Source of the DNA: Auanema rhodensis
Lineage: Eukaryota; Animalia; Nematoda
Direction of reading: 5' to 3'
DNA: 64,000 bases
NCBI GenBank assembly: GCA_964057225.1
Contig: OZ059894.1
Span: forward strand, 12,462,001 to 12,526,000
The translations under genes and the position numbers were made by a program. Below the pieces are notes generated by a model. It was not told the DNA's origin. It saw nothing but the letters and a program-made list of their open reading frames with translations, and searched no databases. Of this stretch, positions 10,601-25,154 are shown piece by piece (position 1 is the first letter of the stretch; the number at the start of each line of letters is the position of its first letter).

Positions 10601-13600
10601 CACATGAAAACACATGCCAAACCGTTTTTTCTATCTCACATTATAACAAGTAACTGAACAACATAAGCACATCGAGGTTAAACGAGATTGATCATCATTA
10701 AACGAAACGTTTGTATATATGAATGAACTCAACAATTATTTTACCAATATGCCAATACAACAACATTTTTTTTGATGTGAGACAAATTGAAGCCTAAGTT
10801 GATGAGAACTTTGGAACAGTTGCAGTGACCCACACATGAAAACACATGCCAAACCGTTTTTTCTATCTCACATTATAACAAGTAACTGAACAACATAAGC
10901 ACATCGAGGTTAAACGAGATTGATCATCATTTAACGAAACGTTTAAATATATGAATGAACTCAACAATTATTTTACCAATATGCCAATGCAACAACTTTT
11001 TCTAATGTGAGACAAATTGAAGCCTAAGTTGATGAGAACTTTGGAACAGTTGCAGTGACCCACACATGAAAACACATGCCAAACCGTTTTTTCTATCTCA
11101 CATTATAACAAGTAACTGAACAACATAAGCACATCGAGGTTAAACGAGATTGATCATCATTTAACGAAACGTTTAAATATATGAATGAACTCAACAATTA
11201 TTTTACCAATATGCCAATGCAACAACTTTTTCTAATGTGAGACAAATTGAAGCCTAAGTTGATGAGAACTTTGAAACAGTTGCAGTGACCCACACATGAA
11301 AACACATGCCAAACCGTTTTTTCTATCTCACAGTATAACAAGTAACTGAACAACATAAGCACATCGAGGTTAAACGAGATTGATCATCATTAAACGAAAC
11401 GTTTGTATATATGAATGAACTCAACAATCATTTTACCAATATGCCAATACAACAACATTTTTTTTGATGTGAGACAAATTGAAGCCTAATTTGATGAAAA
11501 CTTTAGAACAGTTGCAGTGACTCACACATGGAAACACATGCCAAACCGTTTTTTCTATCTCACAGTATAACAAGTAACTGAACAACATAAGCTCGTCGAG
11601 GTTAAACAAGATTGATCATCATTTAACGAAACGTTTAAATATATGAAAGAACTTAACAATTATTTTACCAATATGCCAATGCAACAACTTTTTCTAATGT
11701 GAGACAAATTGAAGCCTAAGTTGATGAGAACTTTGGAACAGTTGCAGTGACTCACACATGAAAACACATGCCAAACCGTTTTTTCTATCTCACATTATAA
11801 CAAGTAACTGAACAACATAAGCACATCGAGGTTAAACGAGATTGATCATCATTAAACGAAACGTTTAAATATATGAATGAACTTAACAATTATTTTACCA
11901 ATATGCCAATGCAACAACTTTTTCTAATGTGAGACAAATTGAAGCCTAAGTTGATGAGAACTTTGGAACAGTTGCAGTGACCCACACATGAAAACACATG
12001 CCAAACCGTTTTTTCTATCTCACATTATAACAAGTAACTGAACAACATAAGCACATCGAGGTTAAACGAGATTGATCATCATTAAACGAAACGTTTATAT
12101 ATATGAATGAACTCAACAATTATTTTACCAATATGCCAATACAACAACATTTTTTTTAATGTGAGACAAATTGAAGCCTAAGTTGATGAGAACTTTGGAA
12201 CAGTTGCAGTGACTCACACATGAAAACACATGCCAAACCGTTTTTTCTATCTCACATTATAACAAGTAACTGAACAACATAAGCACATCGAGGTTAAACG
12301 AGATTGATCATCATTAAACGAAACGTTTGTATATATGAATGAACTTAACTATTAATTCACCAATATGCCAATACAACAACATTTTTTTTAATGTGAGACA
12401 AATTGAAGCCTAATTTGATGAAAACTTTAGAACAGTTGCAGTGACTCACACATGGAAACACATGCCAAACCGTTTTTTCTATCTCACAGTATAACAAGTA
12501 ACTGAACAACATAAGCTCGTCGAGGTTAAACAAGATTGATCATCATTTAACGAAACGTTTAAATATATGAATGAACTCAACAATTATTTTACCAATATGC
12601 CAATGCAACAACTTTTTCTAATGTGAGACAAATTGAAGCCTAATTTGATGAAAACTTTAGAACAGTTGCAGTGACTCACACATGGAAACACATGCCAAAC
12701 CGTTTTTTCTATCTCACAGTATAACAAGTAACTGAACAACATAAGCTCGTCGAGGTTAAACAAGATTGATCATCATTTAACGAAACGTTTAAATATATGA
12801 ATGAACTTAACAATTATTTTACCAATATGCCAATGCAACAACATTTTTTTTAATGTGAGACAAATTGAAGCCTAAGTTGATGAGAACTTTGGAACAGTTG
12901 CAGTGACTCACACATGAAAACACATACCAAACCGTTTTTTCTATCTCACATTATAACAAGTAACTTAACAACATAAGCACATCGAGGTTAAACGAGATTG
13001 ATCATCATTTAACGAAACGTTTGAATATATGAATGAACTCAACAATTATTTCACCAATATACCAATACAACAACATTTTTTTTAATGTGAGACAAATTGA
13101 AGCCTAATTTGATGAAAACTTTAGAACAGTTGCAGTGACTCACACATGGAAACACATGCCAAACCGTTTTTTCTATCTCACAGTATAACAAGTAACTGAA
13201 CAACATAAGCTCGTCGAGGTTAAACAAGATTGATCATCATTTAACGAAACGTTTAAATATATGAATGAACTTAACAATTATTTTACCAATATGCCAATGC
13301 AACAACTTTTTCTAATGTGAGACAAATTGAAGCCTAAGTTGATGAGAACTTTGGAACAGTTGCAGTGACTCACACATGAAAACACATGCCAAACCATTTT
13401 TTCTATCTCACATTATAACAAGTAACTGAACAACATAAGCACATCGAGGTTAAACGAGATTGATCATCATTTAACGAAACGTTCAAATATATGAATGAAC
13501 TCAACAATTATTTTACCAATATGCCAATGCAACAACTTTTTCTAATGTGAGACAAATTGAAGCCCAAGTTGATGAGAACTTTGGAACAGTTGCAGTGACC

Positions 13601-14036
13601 CACACATGAAAACACATGCCAAACCGTTTTTTCTATCTCACATTATAACAAGTAACTGAACAACATAAGCACATCGAGGTTAAACGAGATTGATCATCAT
13701 TTAACGAAACGTTTAAATATATGAATGAACTCAACAATTATTTTACCAATATGCCAATGCAACAACTTTTTCTAATGTGAGACAAATTGAAGCCTTAGTT
13801 GATGAGAACTTTGGAACAGTTGCAGTGACCCACACATGAAAACACATGCCAAACCGTTTTTTCTATCTCACATTATAACAAGTAACTGAACAACATAAGC
13901 ACATCGAGGTTAAACGAGATTGATCATCATTTAACGAAACGTTTAAATATATGAATGAACTTAACAATTATTTTACCAATATGCCAATGCAACAACTTTT
14001 TCTAATGTGAGACAAATTGAAGCCTTAGTTGATGAG

Positions 14037-17000
14037 AACTTTAGAACAGTTGCAGTGACTCACACATGGAAACACATGCCAAACCGTTTTTTCTATCTCA
14101 CAGTATAACAAGTAACTGAACAACATAAGCTCGTCGAGGTTAAACAAGATTGATCATCATTTAACGAAACGTTTAAATATATGAATGAACTTAACAATTA
14201 TTTTACCAATATGCCAATGCAACAACTTTTTCTAATGTGAGACAAATTGAAGCCTAAGTTGATGAGAACTTTGGAACAGTTGCAGTGACTCACACATGAA
14301 AACACATGCCAAACCGTTTTTTCTATCTCACATTATAACAAGTAACTGAACAACATAAGCACATCGATGTTAAACGAGATTGATCATCATTTAACGAAAC
14401 GTTCAAATATATGAATGAACTCAACAATTATTTTACCAATATGCCAATGCAACAACTTTTTCTAATGTGAGACAAATTGAAGCCTAAGTTGATGAGAACT
14501 TTGGAACAGTTGCAGTGACCCACACATGAAAACACATGCCAAACCGTTTTTTCTATCTCACATTATAACAAGTAACTGAACAACATAAGCACATCGAGGT
14601 TAAACGAGATTGATCATCATTAAACGAAACGTTTGTATATATGAATGAACTCAACAATTATTTTACCAATATGCCAATACAACAACATTTTTTTTAATGT
14701 GAGACAAATTGAAGCCTGATTCGATGAAAACTTTAGAACAGTTGCAGTGACTCACACATGGAAACACATGCCAAACCGTTTTTTCTATCTCACAGTATAA
14801 CAAGTAACTGAACAACATAAGCTCGTCGAGGTTAAACAAGATTGATCATCATTTAACGAAACGTTTAAATATATGAATGAACTTAACAATTATTTTACCA
14901 ATATGCCAATGCAACAACTTTTTCTAATGTGAGACAAATTGAAGCCTAAGTTGATGAGAACTTTGGAACAGTTGCAGTGACCCACACATGAAAACACATG
15001 CCAAACCGTTTTTTCTATCTCACATTATAACAAGTAACTGAACAACATAAGCACATCGAGGTTAAACGAGATTGATCATCATTAAACGAAACGTTTAAAT
15101 ATATGAATGAACTTAACAATTATTTTACCAATATGCCAATGCAACAACTTTTTCTAATGTGAGACAAATTGAAGCCTAAGTTGATGAGAACTTTGGAACA
15201 GTTGCAGTGACCCACACATGAAAACACATGCCAAACCGTTTTTTCTATCTCACATTATAACAAGTAACTGAACAACATAAGCACATCGAGGTTAAACGAG
15301 ATTGATCATCATTAAACGAAACGTTTGTATATATGAATGAACTCAACAATTATTTTACCAATATGCCAATACAACAACATTTTTTTTAATGTGAGACAAA
15401 TTGAAGCCTAAGTTGATGAGAACTTTGGAACAGTTGCAGTGACTCACACATGAAAACACATACCAAACCGTTTTTTCTATCTCAAATTATAACAAGTAAC
15501 TGAACAACATAAGCACATCGAGGTTAAACGAGATTGATCATCATTAAACGAAACGTTTAAATATATGAATGAACTTAACAATTATTTTACCAATATGCCA
15601 ATGCAACAACTTTTTCTAATGTGAGACAAATTGAAGCCTAAGTTGATGAGAACTTTGGAACAGTTGCAGTGACCCACACATGAAAACACATGCCAAACCG
15701 TTTTTTCTATCTCACATTATAACAAGTAACTGAACAACATAAGCACATCGAGGTTAAACGAGATTGATCATCATTAAACGAAACGTTTGTATATATGAAT
15801 GAACTCAACAATTATTTTACCAATATGCCAATACAACAACATTTTTTTTAATGTGAGACAAATTGAAGCCTAAGTTGATGAGAACTTTGGAACAGTTGCA
15901 GTGACTCACACATGAAAACACATACCAAACCGTTTTTTCTATCTCAAATTATAACAAGTAACTTAACAACATAAGCACATCGAGGTTAAACGAGATTGAT
16001 CATCATTTAACGAAACGTTTGAATATATGAATGAACTCAACAATTATTTTACCAATATGCCAATGCAACAACTTTTTCTAATGTGAGACAAATTGAAGCC
16101 TAAGTTGATGAGAACTTTGGAACAGTTGCAGTAACCCACACATGAAAACACATGCCAAACCGTTTTTTCTATCTCACATTATAACAAGTAACTGAACAAC
16201 ATAAGCACATCGAGGTTAAACGAGATTGATCATCATTAAACGAAACGTTTGTATATATGAATGAACTTAACTATTAATTCACCAATATGCCAATACAACA
16301 ACATTTTTTTTAATGTGAGACAAATTGAAGCCTAATTTGATGAAAACTTTAGAACAGTTGCAGTGACTCACACATGGAAACACATGCCAAACCGTTTTTT
16401 CTATCTCACAGTATAACAAGTAACTGAACAACATAAGCACGTCGAGGTTAAACAAGATTGATCATCATTTAACGAAACGTTTAAATATATGAATGAACTT
16501 AACAATTATTTTACCAATATGCCAATGCAACAACTTTTTCTAATGTGAGACAAATTGAAGCCTAAGTTGATGAGAACTTTGGAACAGTTGCAGTGACCCA
16601 CACATGAAAACACATGCCAAACCGTTTTTTCTATCTCACATTATAACAAGTAACTGAACAACATAAGCACATCGAGGTTAAACGAGATTGATCATCATTA
16701 AACGAAACGTTTGTATATATGAATGAACTCAACAATTATTTCACCAATATGCCAATACAACAACATTTTTTTTAATGTGAGACAAATTGAAGCCTAATTT
16801 GATGAAAACTTTAGAACAGTTGCAGTGACTCACACATGGAAACACATGCCAAACCGTTTTTTCTATCTCACAGTATAACAAATAACTGAACAACATAAGC
16901 TCGTCGAGGTTAAACAAGATTGATCATCATTTAACGAAACGTTTAAATATATGAATGAACTTAACAATTATTTTACCAATATGCCAATGCAACAACTTTT

Positions 17001-20000
17001 TCTAATGTGAGACAAATTGAAGCCTAAGTTGATGAGAACTTTGGAACAGTTGCAGTGACTCACACATGAAAACACATGCCAAACCGTTTTTTCTATCTCA
17101 CATTATAACAAGTAACTGAACAACATAAGCACATCGAGGTTAAACGAGATTGATCATCATTTAACGAAACGTTCAAATATATGAATGAACTCAACAATTA
17201 TTTTACCAATATGCCAATGCAACAACTTTTTCTAATGTGAGACAAATTGAAGCCTAAGTTGATGAGAACTTTGGAACAGTTGCAGTGACCCACACATGAA
17301 AACACATGCCAAACCGTTTTTTCTATCTCACATTATAACAAGTAACTGAACAACATAAGCACATCGAGGTTAAACGAGATTGATCATCATTTAACGAAAC
17401 GTTTAAATATATGAATGAACTCAACAATTATTTTACCAATATGCCAATGCAACAACTTTTTCTAATGTGAGACAAATTGAAGCCTAAGTTGATGAGAACT
17501 TTGGAACAGTTGCAGTGACCCACACATGAAAACACATGCCAAACCGTTTTTTCTATCTCACATTATAACAAGTAACTGAACAACATAAGCACATCGAGGT
17601 TAAACGAGATTGATCATCATTAAACGAAACGTTTGTATATATGAATGAACTCAACAATTATTTTACCAATATGCCAATACAACAACATTTTTTTTAATGT
17701 GAGAAAATTGAAGCCTAATTTGATGAAAACTTTAGAACAGTTGCAGTGACTCACACATGGAAACACATGCCAAACCGTTTTTTCTATCTCACAGTATAAC
17801 AAGTAACTGAACAACATAAGCTCGTCGAGGTTAAACAAGATTGATCATCATTTAACGAAACGTTTAAATATATGAATGAACTTAACAATTATTTTACCAA
17901 TATGCCAATGCAACAACTTTTTCTAATGTGAGACAAATTGAAGCCTAAGTTGATGAGAACTTTGGAACAGTTGCAGTGACTCACACATGAAAACACATGC
18001 CAAACCGTTTTTTCTATCTCACATTATAACAAGTAACTGAACAACATAAGCACATCGAGGTTAAACGAGATTGATCATCATTTAACGAAACGTTTAAATA
18101 TATGAATGAACTTAACAATTATTTTACCAATATGCCAATGCAACAACTTTTTCTAATGTGAGACAAATTGAAGCCTAATTTGATGAAAACTTTAGAACAG
18201 TTGCAGTGACTCACACATGGAAACACATGCCAAACCGTTTTTTCTATCTCACAGTATAACAAGTAACTGAACAACATAAGCTCGTCGAGGTTAAACAAGA
18301 TTGATCATCATTTAACGAAACGTTTAAATATATGAATGAACTTAACAATTATTTTACCAATATGCCAATGCAACAACTTTTTCTAATGTGAGACAAATTG
18401 AAGCCTAAGTTGATGAGAACTTTGGAACAGTTGCAGTGACTCACACATGAAAACACATGCCAAACCGTTTTTTCTATCTCACATTATAACAAGTAACTGA
18501 ACAACATAAGCACATCGATGTTAAACGAGATTGATCATCATTTAACGAAACGTTCAAATATATGAATGAACTCAACAATTATTTTACCAATATGCCAATG
18601 CAACAACTTTTTCTAATGTGAGACAAATTGAAGCCTAAGTTGATGAGAACTTTGGAACAGTTGCAGTGACCCACACATGAAAACACATGCCAAACCGTTT
18701 TTTCTATCTCACATTATAACAAGTAACTGAACAACATAAGCACATCGAGGTTAAACGAGATTGATCATCATTAAACGAAACGTTTGTATATATGAATGAA
18801 CTCAACAATTATTTTACCAATATGCCAATACAACAACATTTTTTTTAATGTGAGACAAATTGAAGCCTGATTCGATGAAAACTTTAGAACAGTTGCAGTG
18901 ACTCACACATGGAAACACATGCCAAACCGTTTTTTCTATCTCACAGTATAACAAGTAACTGAACAACATAAGCTCGTCGAGGTTAAACAAGATTGATCAT
19001 CATTTAACGAAACGTTTAAATATATGAATGAACTTAACAATTATTTTACCAATATGCCAATGCAACAACTTTTTCTAATGTGAGACAAATTGAAGCCTAA
19101 GTTGATGAGAACTTTGGAACAGTTGCAGTGACCCACACATGAAAACACATGCCAAACCGTTTTTTCTATCTCACATTATAACAAGTAACTGAACAACATA
19201 AGCACATCGAGGTTAAACGAGATTGATCATCATTAAACGAAACGTTTAAATATATGAATGAACTTAACAATTATTTTACCAATATGCCAATGCAACAACT
19301 TTTTCTAATGTGAGACAAATTGAAGCCTAAGTTGATGAGAACTTTGGAACAGTTGCAGTGACCCACACATGAAAACACATGCCAAACCGTTTTTTCTATC
19401 TCACATTATAACAAGTAACTGAACAACATAAGCACATCGAGGTTAAACGAGATTGATCATCATTAAACGAAACGTTTGTATATATGAATGAACTCAACAA
19501 TTATTTTACCAATATGCCAATACAACAACATTTTTTTTAATGTGAGACAAATTGAAGCCTAAGTTGATGAGAACTTTGGAACAGTTGCAGTGACTCACAC
19601 ATGAAAACACATACCAAACCGTTTTTTCTATCTCAAATTATAACAAGTAACTTAACAACATAAGCACATCGAGGTTAAACGAGATTGATCATCATTTAAC
19701 GAAACGTTTGAATATATGAATGAACTCAACAATTATTTTACCAATATGCCAATGCAACAACTTTTTCTAATGTGAGACAAATTGAAGCCTAAGTTGATGA
19801 GAACTTTGGAACAGTTGCAGTAACCCACACATGAAAACACATGCCAAACCGTTTTTTCTATCTCACATTATAACAAGTAACTGAACAACATAAGCACATC
19901 GAGGTTAAACGAGATTGATCATCATTAAACGAAACGTTTGTATATATGAATGAACTTAACTATTAATTCACCAATATGCCAATACAACAACATTTTTTTT

Positions 20001-21783
20001 AATGTGAGACAAATTGAAGCCTAATTTGATGAAAACTTTAGAACAGTTGCAGTGACTCACACATGGAAACACATGCCAAACCGTTTTTTCTATCTCACAG
20101 TATAACAAGTAACTGAACAACATAAGCACGTCGAGGTTAAACAAGATTGATCATCATTTAACGAAACGTTTAAATATATGAATGAACTTAACAATTATTT
20201 TACCAATATGCCAATGCAACAACTTTTTCTAATGTGAGACAAATTGAAGCCTAAGTTGATGAGAACTTTGGAACAGTTGCAGTGACCCACACATGAAAAC
20301 ACATGCCAAACCGTTTTTTCTATCTCACATTATAACAAGTAACTGAACAACATAAGCACATCGAGGTTAAACGAGATTGATCATCATTAAACGAAACGTT
20401 TGTATATATGAATGAACTCAACAATTATTTCACCAATATGCCAATACAACAACATTTTTTTTAATGTGAGACAAATTGAAGCCTAATTTGATGAAAACTT
20501 TAGAACAGTTGCAGTGACTCACACATGGAAACACATGCCAAACCGTTTTTTCTATCTCACAGTATAACAAATAACTGAACAACATAAGCTCGTCGAGGTT
20601 AAACAAGATTGATCATCATTTAACGAAACGTTTAAATATATGAATGAACTTAACAATTATTTTACCAATATGCCAATGCAACAACTTTTTCTAATGTGAG
20701 ACAAATTGAAGCCTAAGTTGATGAGAACTTTGGAACAGTTGCAGTGACTCACACATGAAAACACATGCCAAACCGTTTTTTCTATCTCACATTATAACAA
20801 GTAACTGAACAACATAAGCACATCGAGGTTAAACGAGATTGATCATCATTTAACGAAACGTTCAAATATATGAATGAACTCAACAATTATTTTACCAATA
20901 TGCCAATGCAACAACTTTTTCTAATGTGAGACAAATTGAAGCCTAAGTTGATGAGAACTTTGGAACAGTTGCAGTGACCCACACATGAAAACACATGCCA
21001 AACCGTTTTTTCTATCTCACATTATAACAAGTAACTGAACAACATAAGCACATCGAGGTTAAACGAGATTGATCATCATTTAACGAAACGTTTAAATATA
21101 TGAATGAACTCAACAATTATTTTACCAATATGCCAATGCAACAACTTTTTCTAATGTGAGACAAATTGAAGCCTAAGTTGATGAGAACTTTGGAACAGTT
21201 GCAGTGACCCACACATGAAAACACATGCCAAACCGTTTTTTCTATCTCACATTATAACAAGTAACTGAACAACATAAGCACATCGAGGTTAAACGAGATT
21301 GATCATCATTAAACGAAACGTTTGTATATATGAATGAACTCAACAATTATTTTACCAATATGCCAATACAACAACATTTTTTTTAATGTGAGAAAATTGA
21401 AGCCTAATTTGATGAAAACTTTAGAACAGTTGCAGTGACTCACACATGGAAACACATGCCAAACCGTTTTTTCTATCTCACAGTATAACAAGTAACTGAA
21501 CAACATAAGCTCGTCGAGGTTAAACAAGATTGATCATCATTTAACGAAACGTTTAAATATATGAATGAACTTAACAATTATTTTACCAATATGCCAATGC
21601 AACAACTTTTTCTAATGTGAGACAAATTGAAGCCTAAGTTGATGAGAACTTTGGAACAGTTGCAGTGACTCACACATGAAAACACATGCCAAACCGTTTT
21701 TTCTATCTCACATTATAACAAGTAACTGAACAACATAAGCACATCGAGGTTAAACGAGATTGATCATCATTTAACGAAACGTT
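14037..21783. repeat. Tandem duplication of a 16-monomer block (3689 bp) with an extra 462-bp dimer in copy 1
   Basis: Offset 4151 for ACATCGATG (14361/18512) and GAAGCCTGATTCG (14711/18862). Offset 3689 for TAACCCAC (16132/19821) and GAGAAAATTG (17701/21390). Confidence 0.9.
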
Positions 21784-22966
21784 CAAATATATGAATGAAC
21801 TCAACAATTATTTTACCAATATGCCAATGCAACAACTTTTTCTAATGTGAGACAAATTGAAGCCTAAGTTGATGAGAACTTTGGAACAGTTGCAGTGACC
21901 CACACATGAAAACACATGCCAAACCGTTTTTTCTATCTCACATTATAACAAGTAACTGAACAACATAAGCACATCGAGGTTAAACGAGATTGATCATCAT
22001 TTAACGAAACGTTTAAATATATGAATGAACTCAACAATTATTTTACCAATATGCCAATGCAACAACTTTTTCTAATGTGAGACAAATTGAAGCCTAAGTT
22101 GATGAGAACTTTGGAACAGTTGCAGTGACCCACACATGAAAACACATGCCAAACCGTTTTTTCTATCTCACATTATAACAAGTAACTGAACAACATAAGC
22201 ACATCGAGGTTAAACGAGATTGATCATCATTAAACGAAACGTTTGTATATATGAATGAACTCAACAATTATTTTACCAATATGCCAATACAACAACATTT
22301 TTTTTAATGTGAGACAAATTGAAGCCTAATTTGATGAAAACTTTAGAACAGTTGCAGTGACTCACACATGGAAACACATGCCAAACCGTTTTTTCTATCT
22401 CACAGTATAACAAGTAACTGAACAACATAAGCTCGTCGAGGTTAGACAAGATTGATCATCATTTAACGAAACGTTTAAATATATGAATGAACTCAACAAT
22501 TATTTTACCAATATGCCAATGCAACAACTTTTTCTAATGTGAGACAAATTGAAGCCTAAGTTGATGAGAACTTTGGAACAGTTGCAGTGACCCACACATG
22601 AAAACACATGCCAAACCGTTTTTTCTATCTCACATTATAACAAGTAACTGAACAACATAAGCACATCGAGGTTAAACGAGATTGATCATCATTTAACGAA
22701 ACGTTTAAATATATGAATGAACTCAACAATTATTTTACCAATATGCCAATGCAACAACTTTTTCTAATGTGAGACAAATTGAAGCCTAAGTTGATGAGAA
22801 CTTTGGAACAGTTGCAGTGACTCACACATGGAAACACATGCCAAACCGTTTTTTCTATCTCACATTATAACAAGTAACTGAACAACATAAGCACATCGAG
22901 GTTAAACGAGATTGATCATCATTAAACGAAACGTTTGTATATATGAATGAACTCAACAATTATTTT

Positions 22967-25154
22967 ACCAATATGCCAATACAACAACATTTTTTTTAAT
23001 GTGAGACAAATTGAAGCCTAATTTGATGAAAACTTTAGAACAGTTGATCATCATTAAACGAAACGTTTGTATATATGAATGAACTTAACTATTAATTCAC
23101 CAATATGCCAATACAACAACTTTTTTTAATGTGAGACAAATTGAAGCCTAATTTGATGAAAACTTTAGAACAGTTGCAGTGACTCACACATGGAAACACA
23201 TGCCAAACCGTTTTTTCTATCTCACAGTATAACAAGTAACTGAACAACATAAGCTCGTCGAGGTTAAACAAGATTGATCATCATTCAACGAAACGTTTAA
23301 ATATATGAATGAACTTAACAATTATTTTACCAATATGCCAATGCAACAACTTTTTCTAATGTGAGACAAATTGAAGCCTAAGTTGATAAGAACTTTGGAA
23401 CAGTTGCAGTGACTCACACATGGAAACACATGCCAAACCGTTTTTTCTATCTCACATTATAACAAGTAACTGAACAACATAAGCACATCGAGGTTAAACG
23501 AGATTGATCATCATTAAACGAAACGTTTGTATATATGAATGAACTCAACAACTATTTTACCAATATGCCAATACAACAACATTTTTTTTAATGTGAGACA
23601 AATTGAAGCCTAATTTGATGAAAACTTTAGAACAGTTGCAGTGACTCACACATGGAAACACATGCCAAACCGTTTTTTCTATCTCACAGTATAACAAGTA
23701 ACTGAACAACATAAGCACATCGAGGTTAAACGAGATTGATCATCATTAAACGAAACGTTTGTATATATGAATGAACTTAACTATTAATTCACCAATATGC
23801 CAATACAACAACTTTTTTTAATGTGAGACAAATTGAAGCCTAATTTGATGAAAACTTCAGAACAGTTGCAGTGACTCACACTTGAAAACACATGCCAAAC
23901 CGTTTTTTTTATCTCACAGAACAACAGAAAACTGAGCAACATATGAACATTGTGGTTGAACATGATGAGTCATCATTTACCGAAACGTTCGTATATATTA
24001 TATGAATCAACTTAACAAATATTTCACCAATATGCCAATACAACAACATTTTTTTTAATGTGAGACAAATTGAAGCCTAATTTGATGAAAACTTTAGAAC
24101 AGTTGATCATCATTAAACGAAACGTTTGTATATATGAATGAACTTAACTATTAATTCACCAATATGCCAATACAACAACTTTTTTTAATGTGAGACAAAT
24201 TGAAGCCTAATTTGATGAAAACTTTAGAACAGTTGCAGTGACTCACACATGGAAACACATGCCAAACCGTTTTTTCTATCTCACAGTATAACAAGTAACT
24301 GAACAACATAAGCTCGTCGAGGTTAAACAAGATTGATCATCATTCAACGAAACGTTTAAATATATGAATGAACTTAACAATTATTTTACCAATATGCCAA
24401 TGCAACAACTTTTTCTAATGTGAGACAAATTGAAGCCTAAGTTGATAAGAACTTTGGAACAGTTGCAGTGACTCACACATGGAAACACATGCCAAACCGT
24501 TTTTTCTATCTCACATTATAACAAGTAACTGAACAACATAAGCACATCGAGGTTAAACGAGATTGATCATCATTAAACGAAACGTTTGTATATATGAATG
24601 AACTCAACAACTATTTTACCAATATGCCAATACAACAACATTTTTTTTAATGTGAGACAAATTGAAGCCTAATTTGATGAAAACTTTAGAACAGTTGCAG
24701 TGACTCACACATGGAAACACATGCCAAACCGTTTTTTCTATCTCACAGTATAACAAGTAACTGAACAACATAAGCACATCGAGGTTAAACGAGATTGATC
24801 ATCATTAAACGAAACGTTTGTATATATGAATGAACTTAACTATTAATTCACCAATATGCCAATACAACAACTTTTTTTAATGTGAGACAAATTGAAGCCT
24901 AATTTGATGAAAACTTCAGAACAGTTGCAGTGACTCACACTTGAAAACACATGCCAAACCGTTTTTTTTATCTCACAGAACAACAGAAAACTGAGCAACA
25001 TATGAACATTGTGGTTGAACATGATGAGTCATCATTTACCGAAACGTTCGTATATATTATATGAATCAACTTAACAAATATTTCACCAATATGCCAATAC
25101 AACAACATTTTTTTTAATGTGAGACAAATTGAAGCCTAATTTGATGAAAACTTT
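22967..25154. repeat. Tandem duplication, 1059-bp period, including a truncated unit and a D monomer
   Basis: Junctions 23046/24105, GTTGATAAG 23382/24441 and TCTCACAGAAC 23912/24971 all show offset 1059. Confidence 0.92.
23047..23176. repeat. 130-bp truncated unit (100-bp deletion), first of 10 copies
   Basis: Junction GAACAGTTG|ATCATCATT falls after positions 23046, 24105, 30015, 33159, 34682, 37127, 40271, 41794, 45630 and 47615. Confidence 0.95.

Larger units (their letters stand above)
1..22966. repeat. Left satellite domain: homogeneous 230/232-bp monomers with irregular short-range order
   Basis: Monomers differ mostly at about 15 biallelic sites (e.g. CATT/CAGT, GCACATC/GCTCGTC, TTTAAAT/TTTGTAT, GACCC/GACTC). 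Only two 237-bp monomers and no truncated units were seen. Confidence 0.85.

Noticed and set aside
3312-21527. Five minus-strand ORFs of 62-72 aa (MFNLDELMLF...)
   Set aside because: Each spans about one monomer and is open only where a 1-bp indel or SNP removes a stop codon. The other monomers are closed, and no domain is recognisable.
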